Source of the DNA: an uncultured virus (IMG/VR IMGVR_UViG_3300022934_002389) | Lineage: Duplodnaviria > Heunggongvirae > Uroviricota > Caudoviricetes | Reading direction: 5' to 3' (one strand) | DNA: 20,000 nt | Virus record (IMG/VR): IMGVR_UViG_3300022934_002389 | Span: 115,462-135,461 of that record | Shown: positions 15,864-20,000 of the stretch, one piece after another | Position numbering within the stretch: position 1 is the stretch's first letter | Layout: each line of letters starts with the position of its first letter | Program-made: the position numbers and the translations under genes | Notes under the pieces: generated by a model | What the model was told of the DNA's origin: nothing | The model's input: only the letters and a program-made list of their open reading frames with translations | The model's database searches: none

Positions 15864-18800
15864 TTATGCAATGTTGTGTTTGTAATCTCCGAATAAGATA
15901 AATGTTTCTTGACTTGACCCTGTTACAGCATCGGCAATATATCTATCTATGTCATATTCAATTTGATCAAAATCAAATTCTGTTGTCTTTATATGGTTTT
16001 CTACGTTTTGTAGTATTCTAGTAGACTCACCCGGAAGTGTATATGCCAAAGGCACACAAAGCACATATCCTAGTTCTGCTAGGCTTGTTCCTTGTGCTGT
16101 ACGCATCCATAACGGTAAAAAGTCTAGGGATGTTGAACCTAGTTCAGAAATTTTATCTCTCATATTATCAATATTAGAAATATAAAATCTACTGTGCCCA
16201 CTTTGACTGATTTGTATTGCGTCTGTATCAGCAGTTACAGTTTGTCCATTTGGCCTAAATCTAAATGGTTCGTCTAATCTTCCAGTGCTATCCTGTGCCG
16301 ATTCTAATTTAATACTGTCTACAGTAATTTTACTGCCGTTGTTTATTGTGTTAAACACTTGTCTTGTTTTGCCTGCGGCAGGTAATGCTTTATCAACAAG
16401 TTCTACGTATACTACTTCATATACTATATCGTTAGTCCCTGGAACTTTGGCTACTGCATTTTTAACATTTCCGAAGTAATATTTTCTTCTAGTATGATTT
16501 TTTGCAACAGCAATATAAAAATCATCTATTGATTGAGTTTGAATACCTGCGTATGCTAGAGATCTAAGTTGGCGAGGTACACCAAAGTTTGTATCACTTT
16601 GTCTGTAAAGTTTAGTTGGTTCAAATACTTTTGTATTACCTATAAATTCATTCCAAATAGATCTTTGTGTAGATTTCAAGAAAGGTTGGAAATATAAGTT
16701 ACTGTAGAATAATTGATCTACATCATCTATACTAAGTGTAAATGTTCTAGATGTTGCACTAAAGCCAAATCTATCTCTTGCTAGTATTTCGAATGTATAA
16801 TTTCTATCGTTTGTAGTTGTACCACCGTCGAAAGTTGTTGTTCCGCTGTCAAAGAATGTCAATCCCTTGCGCTCAGGTGTTCCAAAAATTGGTACTTCAC
16901 CAATTATATTACCGTCATTCTTTAATGCTAGTCCGGGAGGTAATGATCCGCTGATTAGATTGTATTTTAACAGTGCATCTGGAATGGATGTTTCTGCTTC
17001 TACTTTAAGTGTACTAATTCTATTTGCTTTTAGTGTACCTAGGTCTGCCGGTGTTTTCCAAGTAATTGTACTTTCAACATCTCCTAGTATACTAACTGTA
17101 AAAGTTTTTGCCTTTTCTAATGTTTCGTTGTCGGCACTGTTGAATGTCTTACTAAAACTATCTTTGACAACGGCTGCAAATGTTATGTGTCTACCTTCTG
17201 ATAGTGTATTTTTTAAATTGCTGTCTAGTTGTACTCTTTGATATTGTGCGATTTGTGTAGCAGTAACAGTATCGCTATCTGTGGTATGAAACAAACTTTC
17301 TATAAAGTTTTTGTTTCTTGATTCAGCAGTACTAGGAATAATTAACTTTACTTTAGTAATACCGTATCCACTTACTTCTGTTTGTATTGTAGCAGGTGCA
17401 TTTGTTCTACTAAAATATGCCTCTAGTCCTTGTTCAATATCACTACTTCCGTCTATAGTGCCTGTAACATCTGTAACTAATTGCATAGCAGAAGTGCTAT
17501 CGCTTGTGTCTACATCCCATTCTATATAGTCTACAACATCATTTATTACATGACTTGCATCTGTAAAGTTAATTGTTTTGTTTTTATAGAATGCTGTATC
17601 ATTTGAAGAAAGTTGATTAATCCATAGATAGTTTTTTCCACCTGTTGACGTACTTCTTAACACAATTGGATTAACAGTTCTTAATGATAATAATGCACTT
17701 TCAAATGTAATTTCGTCATAGTCTTTATTTGTTCCATCAACACTTTCTATTTTATATGAGCGTCCATTAAGTTGTATAGTTTGACCTACTAGACTGTTTA
17801 GGTCTTCTATACCATCAGCAGTACCTGTCGGAAGTTTACCTACTCTTAGTGTTCTACCTCCAATTAATGTATCTTGAGAAACAGTTGCAAAAACTGTAAC
17901 TACATCAATGTCTGTGGTAAAACGTATAGCATTAACAGTAAATTTATATTCTTTTGTAACAGCAGGTTGATATGGTACAACACCTGCAATTTCACCTGTA
18001 GTTTCATCTAGTGCCATGCCTGGCGGTAACTCGCTATCACTACCGTCGTCGTTTACACCTTCTAGTGCATATCTTACAAAACCTTCTACGAAATTTTGCT
18101 CTAGGATTTCTAGATAAAATGTTTGATAGTTTTGTGCTCTACGTCTACCTAAGTCTGCTGGTGTTAACCAAACAGGAATTCTTCTAAATGTTGCATCTGC
18201 GGTAAACACACCATCTGCTGCTTGCATTAGTGTGTTGTCTGCTCTAACATAATCATCACCTACAACATAAATTATAAATCTACGTCTTACACTAGTAACA
18301 TTATCTGCTACTGTAACAAAAAATTCGTAATAACGATTAAGTTTTCTAGGAGTTCTTACAGGACTACTGTAATCATATGTTGTGATATCGTAAAAATAAC
18401 TATCCCAACCGTTGTCTGCTCTTACATTAAAATCAAATGGATACTTAGAAAAGTTTGTAGTGTCATATCCGTCATCTACAACGTTGACATCTAATGCTAG
18501 TAAAGGATCAACTACTCCTTGCAATTTACCACCTGTTGTAAGTTTAATCCCCGGAGGCAGTTCTCCGTCTCCGTCAGCAATATAATATTCTAATATTTCA
18601 CCTGCTGGTAAGTCTGTATCAGTTGCTTCTAGTTGATAATCAATAATGCTGCTATCTAGTATAAACAATACATTGTTTGGACCTACACCTAGTCTACCTT
18701 CGGGTGTAACCCAATTAGGATTATCAGGTCCTATAACTGTTAAAGAAAATGTTCTATCTCTTTTGCCAAAACTGTTTGTTGCTCTAATAACAAATCTACT

Positions 18801-19004
18801 TTGTGTGTCTCTTGCTACTTCAAATGGTGTTCCAACAATATTATTACCTTCTAGTCGCAAGCCACCTGGAAGACTTCCGCTAATAACTTCTGTTGTCAAA
18901 TCTGTAGATGTGGTTATCGGAAGAGAAATTAAAACAGTTTCTCTTTCATTTATTGTACCTAAGTTATAATTTGTTTCTACATTCCATACCGGCAGTAAAG
19001 ACAT
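15864..19004 (-). CDS. Large virion (baseplate/tail) protein with four Ig-like (He_PIG-type) repeats
   Basis: Repeats GSLPGGLRLEGNNIVGTP, GELPPGIKLTTGGKLQGVV, SELPPGMALDETTGEIAGVVP and GSLPPGLALKNDGNIIGEVP, each preceded by a W.T...LG-type motif; structural gene context. Confidence 0.75.
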   Translation of the reverse strand: MSLLPVWNVETNYNLGTINERETVLISLPITTSTDLTTEVISGSLPGGLRLEGNNIVGTPFEVARDTQSRFVIRATNSFGKRDRTFSLTVIGPDNPNWVTPEGRLGVGPNNVLFILDSSIIDYQLEATDTDLPAGEILEYYIADGDGELPPGIKLTTGGKLQGVVDPLLALDVNVVDDGYDTTNFSKYPFDFNVRADNGWDSYFYDITTYDYSSPVRTPRKLNRYYEFFVTVADNVTSVRRRFIIYVVGDDYVRADNTLMQAADGVFTADATFRRIPVWLTPADLGRRRAQNYQTFYLEILEQNFVEGFVRYALEGVNDDGSDSELPPGMALDETTGEIAGVVPYQPAVTKEYKFTVNAIRFTTDIDVVTVFATVSQDTLIGGRTLRVGKLPTGTADGIEDLNSLVGQTIQLNGRSYKIESVDGTNKDYDEITFESALLSLRTVNPIVLRSTSTGGKNYLWINQLSSNDTAFYKNKTINFTDASHVINDVVDYIEWDVDTSDSTSAMQLVTDVTGTIDGSSDIEQGLEAYFSRTNAPATIQTEVSGYGITKVKLIIPSTAESRNKNFIESLFHTTDSDTVTATQIAQYQRVQLDSNLKNTLSEGRHITFAAVVKDSFSKTFNSADNETLEKAKTFTVSILGDVESTITWKTPADLGTLKANRISTLKVEAETSIPDALLKYNLISGSLPPGLALKNDGNIIGEVPIFGTPERKGLTFFDSGTTTFDGGTTTNDRNYTFEILARDRFGFSATSRTFTLSIDDVDQLFYSNLYFQPFLKSTQRSIWNEFIGNTKVFEPTKLYRQSDTNFGVPRQLRSLAYAGIQTQSIDDFYIAVAKNHTRRKYYFGNVKNAVAKVPGTNDIVYEVVYVELVDKALPAAGKTRQVFNTINNGSKITVDSIKLESAQDSTGRLDEPFRFRPNGQTVTADTDAIQISQSGHSRFYISNIDNMRDKISELGSTSLDFLPLWMRTAQGTSLAELGYVLCVPLAYTLPGESTRILQNVENHIKTTEFDFDQIEYDIDRYIADAVTGSSQETFILFGDYKHNIA

Positions 19005-19013
19005 TCATTCTTC

Positions 19014-19730
19014 CTATATATTCCCAAGATCCATTGTAGCATCTAAAGGATTTAAGAAAGTTCCAAGATCAATTGGAGAACTATACATTACCCAATCAAG
19101 TTGGCTAGTAAGGACTTGCTGAATGCCGCCCATATCAAATCCCTCAATGTATCTACCTAGTGCATCGTAATATTCTACAGTATCAACACCTGTGATGTTT
19201 GTTGGTACAAGATTAGTTGTAGTTACCTTATTTCCTAAAATACTATTAGCACTAAAATTATTTACTGCGGTAATATCGTTACTACGAGCATCTAAACTTG
19301 CTTCTAATGCCGGTGTAGGATCTCTTGATAACCCGGCATTAAATGTAATTGTTTTTGTGTTTTCATCACCTGTGATTTCCACACCTTGACCGTCAAAAAA
19401 GTTGAGGTTAATATCTGTACCACCAATAACTGTTCCTTGAGGTGTTGTAATAGTAAAGTTAGCTGATGCAACAGTGTTTGTAATAACAACAGTATTGTCC
19501 AAAGTTGTTAAACTAATGCCTGTGCCTCCTGCTAGTGTTCTAAAATATAAAACATTATCAGCAGTTTCTTTATATACGCTGCCTGAGGCAGCACCTACGT
19601 TAGCACCACTTTGTTCTGCTATGCTTTCTAGTGTTTGGAAGTTTTGATTTACTTTGATAAATGCTTCACGTAGATCGTCGCCCTGTCCATCGTTTGCTGC
19701 GTTACCAATGTTAATTTGTGCTAATGCCAT
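19014..19730 (-). CDS. Baseplate/tail-fibre-associated protein with T4 gp9/gp10-like N-terminus
   Basis: INIGNAANDGQGDDLREAFIKVNQNF N-terminal motif; FRTLAGGTGISL beta repeats. Confidence 0.75.
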   Translation of the reverse strand: MALAQINIGNAANDGQGDDLREAFIKVNQNFQTLESIAEQSGANVGAASGSVYKETADNVLYFRTLAGGTGISLTTLDNTVVITNTVASANFTITTPQGTVIGGTDINLNFFDGQGVEITGDENTKTITFNAGLSRDPTPALEASLDARSNDITAVNNFSANSILGNKVTTTNLVPTNITGVDTVEYYDALGRYIEGFDMGGIQQVLTSQLDWVMYSSPIDLGTFLNPLDATMDLGNI

Positions 19731-19753
19731 TGTTTACATCCTGTTCTTTTTAA

Positions 19754-19760
19754 TATTTAT
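19754..19760 (-). promoter_or_regulatory. T4-late-like promoter motif ATAAATA
   Basis: Intergenic, 23 nt upstream of the ATG at 19730, followed by an AGGA RBS. Confidence 0.55.
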
Positions 19761-19761
19761 C

Positions 19762-20000
19762 TTATCCGCGTCTGCGTGTCCTTACACGAGGATACATCAA
19801 TCCCGTTGTAGGACGAGTGTTTACGTCTTTGTTGTAGGTGTTAAACGCCATATTACCTGATGTTTGCCTGTGATTTTTCCACAGCACAATCCTATCAATG
19901 TCTGAACCATCAAGACTGACTTTGGTGTCGGTATTCACCAATACAGCATTTTGTTTTGGTGCTGAACTCTTGTAAGGATGATCTGAAGGTAAACTGCCTG
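19762..20000 (-). CDS. C-terminal part of a probable virion structural protein (5' end outside the window)
   Basis: Open frame ...GSLPSDHPYKSSAPKQNAVLVNTDTKVSLDGSDIDRIVLWKNHRQTSGNMAFNTYNKDVNTRPTTGLMYPRVRTRRRG* ending in TAA at 19762. Confidence 0.6.
   Translation of the reverse strand, partial: GSLPSDHPYKSSAPKQNAVLVNTDTKVSLDGSDIDRIVLWKNHRQTSGNMAFNTYNKDVNTRPTTGLMYPRVRTRRRG

Noticed and set aside
2170..19860. Many other short plus-strand ORFs (e.g. 2170, 3526, 3731, 15426, 16867, 18646) and nested minus-strand ORFs (9984, 19304)
   Set aside because: They lie mostly or wholly within strongly supported genes, have S/L/F-rich shadow composition and mostly non-ATG starts.
1..20000. Stop-codon reassignment as in some large phages
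   Set aside because: Genes are full length in the standard code, and TAA, TGA and TAG all terminate recognisable proteins (e.g. the endolysin ends in TAG).
1..20000. CRISPR array, tRNA, integrase/transposase or DGR repeats
   Set aside because: Intergenic gaps are at most about 120 nt, and I saw no spaced direct repeats, cloverleaf or relevant enzyme motifs.

Overview
AT-rich, gene-dense segment of a large tailed dsDNA phage genome (T4-like or large-myovirus organisation). The host is probably an aquatic Gram-negative bacterium, possibly an alphaproteobacterium, judging from the FdxA-type ferredoxin, YccA and spanins (inference). Almost all genes are on the minus strand and tightly packed or overlapping; phoH is the only credible plus-strand gene. 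Reading the minus strand from right to left: virion/baseplate genes (gp9/gp10-like N-terminus; a 1046-aa Ig-repeat protein), a stand-alone DnaE fragment ending just before the catalytic aspartates, a GroES-like protein, a MazG-like NTP pyrophosphatase, BI-1/YccA, a HAD phosphatase, a DEDD exonuclease, a clamp loader, a 7Fe ferredoxin and ThyX. After phoH and two hypotheticals come an unannotated 48-aa Cys-rich protein and an unusually large lysis/envelope cluster (GH19 endolysin, overlapping i/o-spanins, NlpC/P60 lipoprotein, holin candidate, class-3 lipase, SGNH protein, 2-TM protein), followed by DnaJ. Three divergent SGNH-like paralogues are dispersed through the window. Both sigma70-type promoters and T4-late-like TAAATA motifs are visible. 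I found no tRNA, rRNA, CRISPR array or mobile element. All family calls come from motif recognition, not database searches.
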